Sequence record: LR756511.1
Length of the DNA stretch: 64,000 bases
Direction: 5' to 3' (one strand)
Positions 25,837 through 35,120 of this stretch are shown here, in pieces (positions within the stretch are counted from its first letter, which is position 1; the number at the start of each line of letters is the position of its first letter). Under the pieces are notes generated by a model. It was given only the letters and a program-made list of their open reading frames with translations. It did not search any database and was not told the origin of the DNA. Made by a program: the position numbers and the translations under genes.

Positions 25837-26945
25837 TAGATATCGCCAGAATTTGAATTCGTCTCCTCCACCGTCTCCGTCTTGCGGCGACGGCGTGGGA
25901 AGAAAAAACCCGCTTCTAATGGCAACTCCACTTCGAAATCGTGGTAGCAATAGCTACAAGTCATTGAGGACTTCGTTTCAACGCCAAAAGGAGGATCGTT
26001 TACCAATGCTCGCAAGAAAGCAACATCGCCCACAGGAAGCTTTTTCAACAAGACCAGAAGTTCCGTCTTATCTTGTAACCCTTCAATATCGTCAATCATC
26101 AACGCGGTTCTATATAATAGACTATCATCAATAGCATTGTCGCCATATTCCTTAACTCTACGATCACGATAATCAGTTACAAGCAACTCATCTTTTCCGC
26201 GTGGAAGATGCCATTCCAATCTTAAACCTGATTTTGGTAGTATCTCCATAAGTGGACTTTGGAAATTATCGTCGCAATATTTGACCATAAGCTGATCGAG
26301 ACGAATTACGGTATTAAATGCACGGCTGCATTCTGGACATTTAATTTCAACCTCATATTCATGTCCATAAGAAAGACTTCGCAATGCAATCAATAGATAA
26401 GTTCTATCTACGGATAGTAGATTATCTGGCTGAATTGTTTCCTTGCAGCATCGTTTGAATATCAAATTAACGCCGTATCCACGTTTTGAGAATTTTGGCG
26501 TTGTCAAAATTTGTTCATCTTCGCCTGTCATGGGACGAAGATGCAAAATGCCGTTTTGCGGTCCATCTTCTCCATTGTAGAACACGCCCTTTGATGGCAA
26601 TGTAATCGGGGTGTAGGTATATGCCTGTTCTCTTAATTGTAGCAAGATTTGTTCTAATTGAGGACTGCCTACGGCTCTTACTTTAGAGGGCTGTGGGCGA
26701 GCCTCTGCCTGTACAGGCTTTGCCTTTTGCTGTACTTTCGGCTGCTTTGGCGACTGTTTTGGCTCACCTTCTCCCAATTCTGCAAACGGGTCTTTTTGAT
26801 TAGCAAGTTCCGCTATTTCGCCATCTTCTTTTTTCTGGTTCTTTACTTGCTGCAATGCTTCAAAAAATGCAGGTGGTGTCTTTCCTAAGAATTTAATACC
26901 CTCACCTGGATTACCTGGGTTTGGGCCGCGCTTTTCCTCAGACAT
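25836..26945 (-). CDS. Baseplate hub/tail assembly chaperone (gp26-like)
   Basis: ITLPSKG.FY, RPMTGEDE, DRTYLLIALR, CPEC, CSYC, FFFP. Confidence 0.8.
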   Translation of the reverse strand: MSEEKRGPNPGNPGEGIKFLGKTPPAFFEALQQVKNQKKEDGEIAELANQKDPFAELGEGEPKQSPKQPKVQQKAKPVQAEARPQPSKVRAVGSPQLEQILLQLREQAYTYTPITLPSKGVFYNGEDGPQNGILHLRPMTGEDEQILTTPKFSKRGYGVNLIFKRCCKETIQPDNLLSVDRTYLLIALRSLSYGHEYEVEIKCPECSRAFNTVIRLDQLMVKYCDDNFQSPLMEILPKSGLRLEWHLPRGKDELLVTDYRDRRVKEYGDNAIDDSLLYRTALMIDDIEGLQDKTELLVLLKKLPVGDVAFLRALVNDPPFGVETKSSMTCSYCYHDFEVELPLEAGFFFPRRRRKTETVEETNSNSGDI

Positions 26946-26975
26946 ATTATCTCCTTTTTACTTTAATAAAGTAGT

Positions 26976-27344
26976 ATGCTTAAAATCAATCTAACTAACA
27001 TTGAGTCATTAATTTTCAGAAATCACAATGCTAAAATTTTATTGGCTGATCTCCGTCCCATTTTCGACAAGTGGCTTCTAAGTTACCGCGTTCCCGCTTT
27101 AAGCAACATGCGTAAGCAGGCAATGATTGATTTATTAAATTCTCTCGATGGAAGCCATATAGAAAAACTTGCGAGGTTGTTTGAAGACATAGTAATCGTA
27201 GAAAACATAGATCATCACACCGTTAAAAATTTAGAATTTTCTATACAAGATTCCATTGAGAGTGAATTGACAAGCTACGCTAGTTATAATATAATGTCCG
27301 TAACTAGAAGTGCCGATAAGGTATCTATAACGCTAGTGAGGTAA
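26976..27344 (+). CDS. Hypothetical protein, 122 aa
   Basis: First gene of a + strand run. Confidence 0.6.
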   Translation: MLKINLTNIESLIFRNHNAKILLADLRPIFDKWLLSYRVPALSNMRKQAMIDLLNSLDGSHIEKLARLFEDIVIVENIDHHTVKNLEFSIQDSIESELTSYASYNIMSVTRSADKVSITLVR

Positions 27345-27347
27345 TTT

Positions 27348-27692
27348 ATGGAAATTTTGTTGTTTTGTATTGGAACCATTGGAATGACTCACATCATTGT
27401 AGATGGAACTATATTTAAATGGCTGCGGGACTTATTTGACACTTATTTGTTTGAAAGCATTTCGGGAATGATTCATTGTCATCAATGCACTGGTTTTTGG
27501 TGTGGTCTGTTTTGCGGTTGGGCTGTATTTAGTAACATAACGTGGTGGCAAATTTTTGTAGCGGGATGTGCGAGCAGTATTCTCTCACTGGTAGTACATA
27601 AATATGTTAGTTATATAGAGGCACTGACAAGTTATACAGACCTACAGACGGTTTTAAACGTTCCGAAAGAACTGGAGGATGATGGCAAGTAA
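27348..27692 (+). CDS. DUF1360-like membrane protein
   Basis: Hydrophobic helices; CHQCTGFW. Confidence 0.6.
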   Translation: MEILLFCIGTIGMTHIIVDGTIFKWLRDLFDTYLFESISGMIHCHQCTGFWCGLFCGWAVFSNITWWQIFVAGCASSILSLVVHKYVSYIEALTSYTDLQTVLNVPKELEDDGK

Positions 27693-27966
27693 GTATTACA
27701 GGCTTTATTGTGAGATATGCGGTAACTGTATTATATCAGACGGCACTAATGTCAATTTAGTTGAATACAAACGTGCCCAAATTCAGAAAGAGATTCCTAA
27801 ATTAAACAAAGAAGGAAAAACGGTGCCTTCTACGTGGATCACTTTACCCAAGAAGTTTAAATGCCCGAAATGCGGGCGATTAATTTCAGCAAGACCGTAC
27901 AAGGAACCAGAAGTTGAAAATAAAACCAAAAGTAGTGATGATGAAAATTTCTATCCAAGAGGTTAA
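27679..27966 (+). CDS. Zinc-ribbon protein
   Basis: CEIC and CPKC. Confidence 0.6.
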   Translation: MMASKYYRLYCEICGNCIISDGTNVNLVEYKRAQIQKEIPKLNKEGKTVPSTWITLPKKFKCPKCGRLISARPYKEPEVENKTKSSDDENFYPRG

Positions 27967-28318
27967 AGAGGCTCTAAAAGACCCTAAGTTTAAAGCCTCT
28001 TTACCCGCAGAACTTCAAGAAGACATCAAGAAATACGAGAGTAATCCTAGCTGCCCTTGTAATTTTAGTATTTATAGGAATATCTTGAAGAAGGCGGCGA
28101 AAGAACTTATGGCTTATTATCCAGAACAGGAAATAGTAGACCCCGATGTTGATTTGCCAGCATTACGAGATAACAACTTTACTGTAATTAATTGCCACGT
28201 TGACCATCTAGAAAGAAAACTAAAAGAATTGGGTCCAGGCAGCAAGCAAATCGCTGTTGCTCGCTACGACAATCAAGTTACTGTAATTGTTAATGAGTTA
28301 GATGCGGTAACTTTTTAG
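27938..28318 (+). CDS. Hypothetical protein
   Basis: NPSCPCN motif; start 27938 or 27941. Confidence 0.6.
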   Translation: MMKISIQEVKEALKDPKFKASLPAELQEDIKKYESNPSCPCNFSIYRNILKKAAKELMAYYPEQEIVDPDVDLPALRDNNFTVINCHVDHLERKLKELGPGSKQIAVARYDNQVTVIVNELDAVTF

Positions 28319-29212
28319 TTGAGGTAAAGCGGCCCTACATTTTTGAATCATTTCTTTGGGATAAGCCTCATATTTGCTTATTTCCATAGGCCAAATGTCA
28401 AATTTAGACCGATGGTTGCCTAATAACGTGGCATTTTCATAAAATAAAATCGCCTTTTCAAATTCGCCATTCTTGGTAAATATATCTCCGAGCAAGCACC
28501 AAAATTCCGCCATTAGAATATTCTGTTCCAGGCATAAAATTAAATTGTGAATTGCTTCCTGTATGTCGTTATACACAATGCCTTGCACTAATGCCAAATA
28601 GTAACGTGCCATAACAGTCGAAATTTCGTTTTTTGTTGTTCCAAATAGATAATTCGTAATTAAACTTTTAAATTCCTTAAAATTCCGTTTTGCCAAGCAA
28701 GAAAAAGCTTTATAGTAGCAAGCGTCGATAGATAGTGGATGGGACCGTCTCCACACTTCTAATTCTTTATCTAAACTCTTTTCCGTTGTTTGATAGAGGA
28801 GGATATCTAGAACTTTGGTGATATTAGCGTTAGGTCTTTCAAAAACAGGATTCTTAAATATAATCTTGTGGTTTTTCTTATTCCAGATTCTAGGCTCTTT
28901 GATAAGGACTTCATTTTGTAGTATTTGCACGCCATAAATGTTATCTTCGTTCCAGATGTCCGTCAAATTTTCATTGATTTGCAGTAGCCTTTCATTCTCT
29001 TTAAGGTAAAATATCCAATCGGTTTCAGCCAAATCTACTAGTTGGTCTAGTGATTTAGCGTAACTTCCTTGTACTACGACAGTACGAACATTAGGTATGC
29101 GGAGCGGTTGATATACCCCGACAATAATGTTTTGGGGGTTTAGTAGGGATAACGAGCCTAAAGCTTCGTTAAATTCATTCTGTTTGCTCAGGAGAATTAC
29201 TGTTAACGGCAT
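28298..29212 (-). CDS. GT2-like glycosyltransferase with TPR-like C-terminus
   Basis: TDWIFYL.ENE, FKNPVFE, AEFWCLLGD..YENA. Confidence 0.65.
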   Translation of the reverse strand: MPLTVILLSKQNEFNEALGSLSLLNPQNIIVGVYQPLRIPNVRTVVVQGSYAKSLDQLVDLAETDWIFYLKENERLLQINENLTDIWNEDNIYGVQILQNEVLIKEPRIWNKKNHKIIFKNPVFERPNANITKVLDILLYQTTEKSLDKELEVWRRSHPLSIDACYYKAFSCLAKRNFKEFKSLITNYLFGTTKNEISTVMARYYLALVQGIVYNDIQEAIHNLILCLEQNILMAEFWCLLGDIFTKNGEFEKAILFYENATLLGNHRSKFDIWPMEISKYEAYPKEMIQKCRAALPQLKSYRI

Positions 29213-29351
29213 ATCTTACTTCCAAAAGATGTTCTATGGCAGCAGCGGCATCTTTATTGTCGATTTGGTTAAAATATTGTTTTAAGCGTTCGTAATTGTC
29301 GGAAGACTGAGGATTTTCTACTAGTTTATATAAGATTTTAATTAGGTTCAT
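29175..29351 (-). CDS. Hypothetical protein, 58 aa (not in ORF track)
   Basis: MNLIKILYKLVENPQSSDNYERLKQYF...; overlaps start of the GT gene. Confidence 0.45.
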   Translation of the reverse strand: MNLIKILYKLVENPQSSDNYERLKQYFNQIDNKDAAAAIEHLLEVRYAVNSNSPEQTE

Positions 29352-29366
29352 TGATTTAAGTAAGTT

Positions 29367-30251
29367 ATGGCCAAAGAAGATATTGCACCGATACGTGGTT
29401 TTAAATCACCGAAGGCTTTATGGCCTTCCAACCCTGTCAATAAGCCTTGGGAGGGAAGTTGTGACAAGAAACCTTGGGAATACACTGTCACAGCGGTTAT
29501 TCCAGCGTTAGACACTACTGAAACATTAGAGGTTTGTATCGAGCTTCTTCGCTTACAAACACAAAAACCTTACATTGTATTAATCGACACAGGCAGTCGT
29601 GGCGAACATTTAGGCAAAATGAGGCGATTACAGGCTGATGATCTAGAGGTTCATTTCTTGCAGCTAAATGGGGTTGAGCATCCATCTGACTTTCCCGCAA
29701 TAGCGATGGACTTAGCTTTCGCGCTTTGTAGAAGCGAGTTCCTATTCGCTACCCATGCCGATTGTTTCCTTAGAAAACGAATCTTTTTAGCTGAATTACT
29801 GGATATGTGTCGCACTGTATCTCCTGTTGTTGGTTACGAAATATCGCCGCGATCACACGAAGACTGGAAAGGTATGGTTTCTCATACCGCAACAATGTAT
29901 CACATGCCAACAATGGATAAGATTGGTTTCGGATGGAGTCTTCGCAGATTATGCAACATGTACGGCATCAAGGACCATAAACCTAATCCAGCACGTCCAA
30001 ATTGGCCTGATACCGAAATTCTTGGTAATTATATACTTAGACACGCCAAGATTACTCCACACCTTATTGGGCATGAAACTAATTTCGATAGACAAACTGA
30101 CGAAAATATTGACCACTTAAGAAGTTATACATCTAGCAAACTTTACAGTCCTGCCTATTATCAAAGAGCGAAAGAAAGTTTTGAAAAAGCGAAAGAAGAT
30201 GCACTCGAAAGAATGGAAGAATGGAAAAATGAAGATGATAAGGATACATAG
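29367..30251 (+). CDS. GT2-family glycosyltransferase
   Basis: AVIPALD, LIDTGS, FATHADCF (DxD-like). Confidence 0.75.
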   Translation: MAKEDIAPIRGFKSPKALWPSNPVNKPWEGSCDKKPWEYTVTAVIPALDTTETLEVCIELLRLQTQKPYIVLIDTGSRGEHLGKMRRLQADDLEVHFLQLNGVEHPSDFPAIAMDLAFALCRSEFLFATHADCFLRKRIFLAELLDMCRTVSPVVGYEISPRSHEDWKGMVSHTATMYHMPTMDKIGFGWSLRRLCNMYGIKDHKPNPARPNWPDTEILGNYILRHAKITPHLIGHETNFDRQTDENIDHLRSYTSSKLYSPAYYQRAKESFEKAKEDALERMEEWKNEDDKDT

Positions 30252-30259
30252 TTTTCTCT

Positions 30260-30820
30260 ATGCGGGAGCATAGGATAAGGAGTGCGTTGAGTACAGAATA
30301 TCTTAATAATAAGATTTTTGAGGAAGTAATAGGTAGGTTTCAACAGTCTAAAAAAGCAAAAAGTCGATACGCAATATGTATCGAGGATTTGGAAGGCGCA
30401 ATTGAGCGAGGCAATGATGGCATCGACTTTATCCTAAAGTTGAATAGGTTTATCAAGCTTCATACTGCTGCGGCTAGCTCATATGAGGAATCCCAACAAC
30501 AGTTGGCCCTTGCGTTCCTTACTTTGTCTGAGAACATCGTCCGTTATGCGAAGTTCAACTTAATTGACATAGATGACGCAATTCAAGAAGGCGTAATGAT
30601 TTGCTTCGAAAAGATAGACCGATTTGACCCACGGAAGGGCAAAGCGTTCAACTATATGACGACATGCATATTAAATCATTATAGACAGTTGTATAGGACT
30701 GCCAGGAATTACAACGAACTGAAGAAGAAGTATCACGATTTCTTACAGAGCCAAGTGGAGAAGGTTCTATTGAAATCTAAGCCGAATTCAAACAATAGTG
30801 TTGTAAAAGGACAGATTTAG
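30260..30820 (+). CDS. Phage RNA polymerase sigma factor (late, gp55-like)
   Basis: YLNNK, DDAIQEG..C, RFDP.K.KAFNY.T: sigma region 2. Confidence 0.82.
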   Translation: MREHRIRSALSTEYLNNKIFEEVIGRFQQSKKAKSRYAICIEDLEGAIERGNDGIDFILKLNRFIKLHTAAASSYEESQQQLALAFLTLSENIVRYAKFNLIDIDDAIQEGVMICFEKIDRFDPRKGKAFNYMTTCILNHYRQLYRTARNYNELKKKYHDFLQSQVEKVLLKSKPNSNNSVVKGQI

Positions 30821-30839
30821 AATATAATACCAATTTATT

Positions 30840-31073
30840 ATGGGTAAAAATTTAACAGAGATATTAGAGCAACAAGAGATTATTCAGAAGTTAATTGATA
30901 AGGGTTACGGAGAACTTATTGATGCGCTTCTGATGAATGAAGCTAAAGTCTATACCAAGAAAGGCCGACTTAATAAAAGCGGAGCTTGTCGAGTCTTAGG
31001 CTGGAAGACTAAACAACTAGAAGACGCCATTGAAGAATGTCGTAGTATCTTCCCCGATCTGTTTGACAATTAA
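30840..31073 (+). CDS. Small DNA-binding-like protein
   Basis: KKGRLNKSGACRVLGW; HTH-like. Confidence 0.55.
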   Translation: MGKNLTEILEQQEIIQKLIDKGYGELIDALLMNEAKVYTKKGRLNKSGACRVLGWKTKQLEDAIEECRSIFPDLFDN

Positions 31074-31855
31074 ATCATCATAAAATCTGGCGGACGGATT
31101 TCTGCCATTCCAAATGGTCCGCCACCTGGAGATGTTCCGCCGCCAGGAGACGGATTGTTGCCTGGAGACTGTGATGGCGGAATAGTTATCTCCTGCGAGG
31201 GCGGTGACAAATATGTGCAAGCTGGCTCAAAACAATTACCACAAGTGGTGGTGGTGTAAAGAATGTGATCCGTGTCTCCATTAGCAGCGGCACGTATCTG
31301 ATAGGCTCGATCATATCTTAAAGTGAATTCTACAGTCACAACTTCGCCCGAACTCATATCTAATTCACCGAAGTCAATGTTTTGAGGATAAATATGTTCT
31401 AAAATCCATTGTTCTACAATGCTTCCGCATCCGTCATAGAGGGACAAAGTTCCACAGGTTTTAAACGACAAAGCATCAAGACAAGGATACCACGCACCAC
31501 AACCAAAGTTGCTTGGATCATATTGTTGTTTTAACCATGAGAGAATTGGATTTAATGTATTAATACAACGATCAAACAAGACAAGTTGGATTGGTTGCCA
31601 TTCTGGTTTGCTGGGATAGGATATTGTTTCATTTAAATGTTCTGCTTGCATTTCTCGGAAATTCATTTTTGGTCGTGCAGCACGAATACATGGTAAGGCA
31701 CTATCATCGTCACCAGTAATGTTTTCAATGCCGAAAAACCACCTATATTTTTGTTTTAAGGAAGCAGTGCCATTAGCCCACTCAGGACGATAAAATCCCA
31801 TTCGCACTGTGTTATTGCTGTCGCTGTCTGAACAAATTGTGTTCTCACATGCCAT
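31070..31855 (-). CDS. Tail tube-like protein (gp19 paralog)
   Basis: KYRWFF, AARPK, WQPI.L..FD, LYDGCG..VEQW, FGELD.SS, TLRYDRA. Confidence 0.85.
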   Translation of the reverse strand: MACENTICSDSDSNNTVRMGFYRPEWANGTASLKQKYRWFFGIENITGDDDSALPCIRAARPKMNFREMQAEHLNETISYPSKPEWQPIQLVLFDRCINTLNPILSWLKQQYDPSNFGCGAWYPCLDALSFKTCGTLSLYDGCGSIVEQWILEHIYPQNIDFGELDMSSGEVVTVEFTLRYDRAYQIRAAANGDTDHILYTTTTCGNCFEPACTYLSPPSQEITIPPSQSPGNNPSPGGGTSPGGGPFGMAEIRPPDFMMI

Positions 31856-31884
31856 AATTATTATATACAAGTGTTAACACAAAT

Positions 31885-31914
31885 AAAAAAGAGCGTATTT
31901 CTACGCTCTTTTTT
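31885..31914. terminator. Intrinsic terminator between the tail tube genes
   Basis: AAAAAAGAGCGTA-TTTC-TACGCTCTTTTTT. Confidence 0.75.
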
Positions 31915-31932
31915 GTAACTTCAAGCTTAACT

Positions 31933-32616
31933 TTACGCGCAAGGCACGCATGGGCACTTGTTGAGTTGTCCACCTGGACAGAAGTTTTGATAGCCGACTT
32001 CGCTATAACGCAAGGTCAACTCGATTGTGCATTCATCGTTACTACCCATGTCAAGATCGCCCCAATTTACGTTTGTTGGCCATACGTGCCTTAATATCCA
32101 TGCTTCTAGTGGCGTTCCGCAACCATCATATAATGTTAGTCTACCAAGACCTTCGTAAGCTGCTGGGACGCTATTCATTTTCAAACAGCAAGGATCAGTG
32201 AAGTCATAGATTGTTGCTATCCATCCAAGTATATTAGTTGTAGATGCACCACCACTCAAAGGCGTGGTAGGAGTGCCCGAAACGTCGTAATAAGTCATGG
32301 TAATAGTCTGCCATTTACCTTTACCTGGAATCCAGTTAACACCGTTTAGGTAGTTAATTTCTACTTCATCAAATGCTATCTGTGGACGATTTCCAAGCTT
32401 TACGAATTCTCTTGCAACTGTGAATGGAGTTTCACTAGAGCAACAATATTGCAGTTCGAAGGTCCAGCGAAACTTCCTTTTAAACTGAATGCTACCATCA
32501 CCTAAAGCACCCAGCCCCATTGGAATTGCAGTTGATCCCTGGCACCCAGCGCATGTGCCTGGATTCAATGCGTCTACAATATCTGCACTACTAAGGCTAT
32601 CAATATTACATGCCAT
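31933..32616 (-). CDS. Tail tube protein (gp19-like)
   Basis: KRKFRW, NRPQIAFDEVEINYLN, GKGKWQTI, WPTNVNWGDLD, ELTLRY. Confidence 0.88.
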   Translation of the reverse strand: MACNIDSLSSADIVDALNPGTCAGCQGSTAIPMGLGALGDGSIQFKRKFRWTFELQYCCSSETPFTVAREFVKLGNRPQIAFDEVEINYLNGVNWIPGKGKWQTITMTYYDVSGTPTTPLSGGASTTNILGWIATIYDFTDPCCLKMNSVPAAYEGLGRLTLYDGCGTPLEAWILRHVWPTNVNWGDLDMGSNDECTIELTLRYSEVGYQNFCPGGQLNKCPCVPCA

Positions 32617-32653
32617 ACTTATACTCCTATTGCTTACTAGTCTATATATTTAC

Positions 32654-33706
32654 TTAATGGTTATTTTTTTCCATTGATTCTTCTATTTCCGCTATGCTCT
32701 TTTTCAACTCTTCTATGCTGTTTTTAATAGCATCGTCACTCATTCTCATAAAATCAGGCGGCTCGACAGGCGCAGTCGTCGGAACTTCGTCGCAAATATC
32801 CTTTGGCAAAGACTTTAGCCTATAAATCGGTTGCGGCAAGTATGTCTTGGCGGTCATATTAAACTGATACTTTAAAACCCGTATTTTCTGATCCCCAGGC
32901 TCTAACTCCATGTTATTAGCCGTGCTGTCAAGCGTAACAATTATTTCCCAATACACGCCCTTAACCTGTAGATATGCAACTGGAGAGAATTTAAGAAATG
33001 CTTGTTCTAAAATTTGCTTCATGTCCTCTTCGTAAAGGGTCCACATATAAAGCGTGTAGTTTATATTAAGCGGCAAACCCCTCGTTACCCCATAGAAAGT
33101 GTCTTTAGTATACTTTTCCTGGTTAAAAAATCCTGATTGACCGCCATTTGGGTCAAGCCACGGAAGTAATGAATAGGCTTTTTGATAGGTAAACCGCGTT
33201 TGATCGAACGTAATACCAGCATTCCAAATAGACATCATCGGAAGACGGATTCTGTCCACCACCAATGAATTGTCCTTTCGAACATTATCTTGCAAAATAG
33301 CATCAACGGCTTTTTCCTGACTTGCCCATATAATCGGTACCGTATGTGCTTTGCCTTGCTCGTCAATTACGACAGTATTACGGAATAGGTCAAGCATTGC
33401 CTCATCACAACCACGAATGCCTCTAGAATAACGATAAATAACATCACGGTTAGGCGTGTCTAGATCGTTAATAATCTGACCCGTCATAATCGGATCGCAT
33501 TGGTGATTTGCACCAATGCCTAACTTATTAAAAGTCTTCCTTCTGCCCCAATCTTTCGCGCCTGCGGTCGGAATTCTCTTCTGCGAACACCAGCCATCGT
33601 CCGCACATTCCTTGGGAACTGGATCAATATTGACAGAATTGCCACCAACTTTAGGCTGACATTCAACTAAAGATTTTTCTAGGTTCTGATCTTTTTCATT
33701 CGTCAT
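32654..33706 (-). CDS. Tail terminator/sheath stabiliser (gp15-like)
   Basis: VPIIWASQEK, RLPMMS, PLNINYTL...QILEQ...F.P. Confidence 0.75.
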   Translation of the reverse strand: MTNEKDQNLEKSLVECQPKVGGNSVNIDPVPKECADDGWCSQKRIPTAGAKDWGRRKTFNKLGIGANHQCDPIMTGQIINDLDTPNRDVIYRYSRGIRGCDEAMLDLFRNTVVIDEQGKAHTVPIIWASQEKAVDAILQDNVRKDNSLVVDRIRLPMMSIWNAGITFDQTRFTYQKAYSLLPWLDPNGGQSGFFNQEKYTKDTFYGVTRGLPLNINYTLYMWTLYEEDMKQILEQAFLKFSPVAYLQVKGVYWEIIVTLDSTANNMELEPGDQKIRVLKYQFNMTAKTYLPQPIYRLKSLPKDICDEVPTTAPVEPPDFMRMSDDAIKNSIEELKKSIAEIEESMEKNNH

Positions 33707-33714
33707 AATTCACC

Positions 33715-34317
33715 TTATTTACACGATCCAGAATTTCCGTTCGTGCCATTTGTGCTGTTAAATAACTTAGTATTATTAATCGTTGTGCCACCTTGTAAAT
33801 TGGTGTTCGTTTGTGTAACACGACCCTCGCCAGTAGTAGTACTTTCCTGAAATCTCTGGCAAATTAGTGTCAATCTTAATTCACCCCAAAGAAAGAAGTC
33901 CCCAACGTTTCTTTGAATGATAACCCAATTTTCTGCCTTGTGTGGCGTGAATAAACGTGAACCAATCTTCGGTGGATGGCCTACCGCTTTTAAGACTTCC
34001 CTGTAGTTAAACTGAAACTGCAACTCGTCAGGAGCATCAATACCAAACATATTTAGGAAGTTCTGCGACGGAATCGGCTCGTAGAAACCATTTAATGTGA
34101 TTGGGTTGTTAGAGAATATCTTACCACGGTCTTCACGGAACAACGGGTCAATCGTTTGATTCTGTATGAATACTTCGTAATAAAGGATAGGAGTTCCCGC
34201 AATCTGGATAATCTCCGCATCGTAGGAGTTCAGCAAATATTGCTCTGGATTCGTAGGATCAAATAGATTTAACGAACCAGACAATTTATATGGCGTTCCA
34301 TCGCAATTCTTAATCAT
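33715..34317 (-). CDS. Neck/head-closure protein (gp14-like)
   Basis: EIIQIAG..I.YY, DPLFREDR, FGIDAPDE, PKIG; start re-called at 34317. Confidence 0.78.
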   Translation of the reverse strand: MIKNCDGTPYKLSGSLNLFDPTNPEQYLLNSYDAEIIQIAGTPILYYEVFIQNQTIDPLFREDRGKIFSNNPITLNGFYEPIPSQNFLNMFGIDAPDELQFQFNYREVLKAVGHPPKIGSRLFTPHKAENWVIIQRNVGDFFLWGELRLTLICQRFQESTTTGEGRVTQTNTNLQGGTTINNTKLFNSTNGTNGNSGSCK

Positions 34318-34339
34318 CTTGTATCTATATATCTGAGTC

Positions 34340-34873
34340 ATGGCTATAAAAAATAAGGACGGCTCGCTTTTTAAGCTTAAGTCGCCGCCACCTGTAATGC
34401 ATGAACAAACCTTCTGGAATGAAAAAGTCAAGGTACATAACAAATTTGGACGAAGACATATTCAAGCTTTGGAACAAGAAGAGGAAGAACAAAGCTTTGA
34501 AATGCCAGAACAGCAGGAAGAGATTAAGATTGTTGAGTCGATCAAAGGAGAAAAGCCGAAGTCGCTTGACGAAAGTATCATTGACGTATGGTGTTTACCT
34601 TGCGTCGGCGTGATACAAAATACAGATGAGCTTTATGGGGAAAGTTATGAAAAGCCCGAATATGGTGACAAGTTCATATTCAAAGCAAAAATATTACAGT
34701 CAGAAGACTTGTTTATTCAAATCATTGCAAAAGAAGAAATCCCCCTTCAGTCAGTCCTATATCCAAGGACCAACATGAAGCGATGGTGGGAAGTAAAGCA
34801 TGTAGCTCCTGTCAAAGACGGCTTTCATGTCATCAGCGGTGTTATCAGTCCATATCAACCTAGTTTTTCTTAA
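34340..34873 (+). CDS. Hypothetical protein, 177 aa
   Basis: Divergent from gp14 across a TATATA element. Confidence 0.65.
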   Translation: MAIKNKDGSLFKLKSPPPVMHEQTFWNEKVKVHNKFGRRHIQALEQEEEEQSFEMPEQQEEIKIVESIKGEKPKSLDESIIDVWCLPCVGVIQNTDELYGESYEKPEYGDKFIFKAKILQSEDLFIQIIAKEEIPLQSVLYPRTNMKRWWEVKHVAPVKDGFHVISGVISPYQPSFS

Positions 34874-35117
34874 CAGTTATCTCAATGCCCATCTTTTCTA
34901 GTTGAGACTTATAATCGTCTAACGCCTTCTGATAACCAGCAGCAAGCACGTCGTTTATTAGGTAGCCAAACATCTTTATGTCGTTATCGGTGATTAGTAC
35001 AGACCCTATGCGTGTCAGCAAGTCATCATAATTAATGACTTTGTGTTGAATTGCTTGCGCCATGAAGTTTTTAAGCGCAATGCTTCTAGGGTTCTGTAAC
35101 ATCTCTGCAAAATTCAT
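34860..35117 (-). CDS. Hypothetical protein, 85 aa
   Basis: Coupled to the upstream large gene. Confidence 0.6.
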   Translation of the reverse strand: MNFAEMLQNPRSIALKNFMAQAIQHKVINYDDLLTRIGSVLITDNDIKMFGYLINDVLAAGYQKALDDYKSQLEKMGIEITVKKN

Positions 35118-35120
35118 ATC

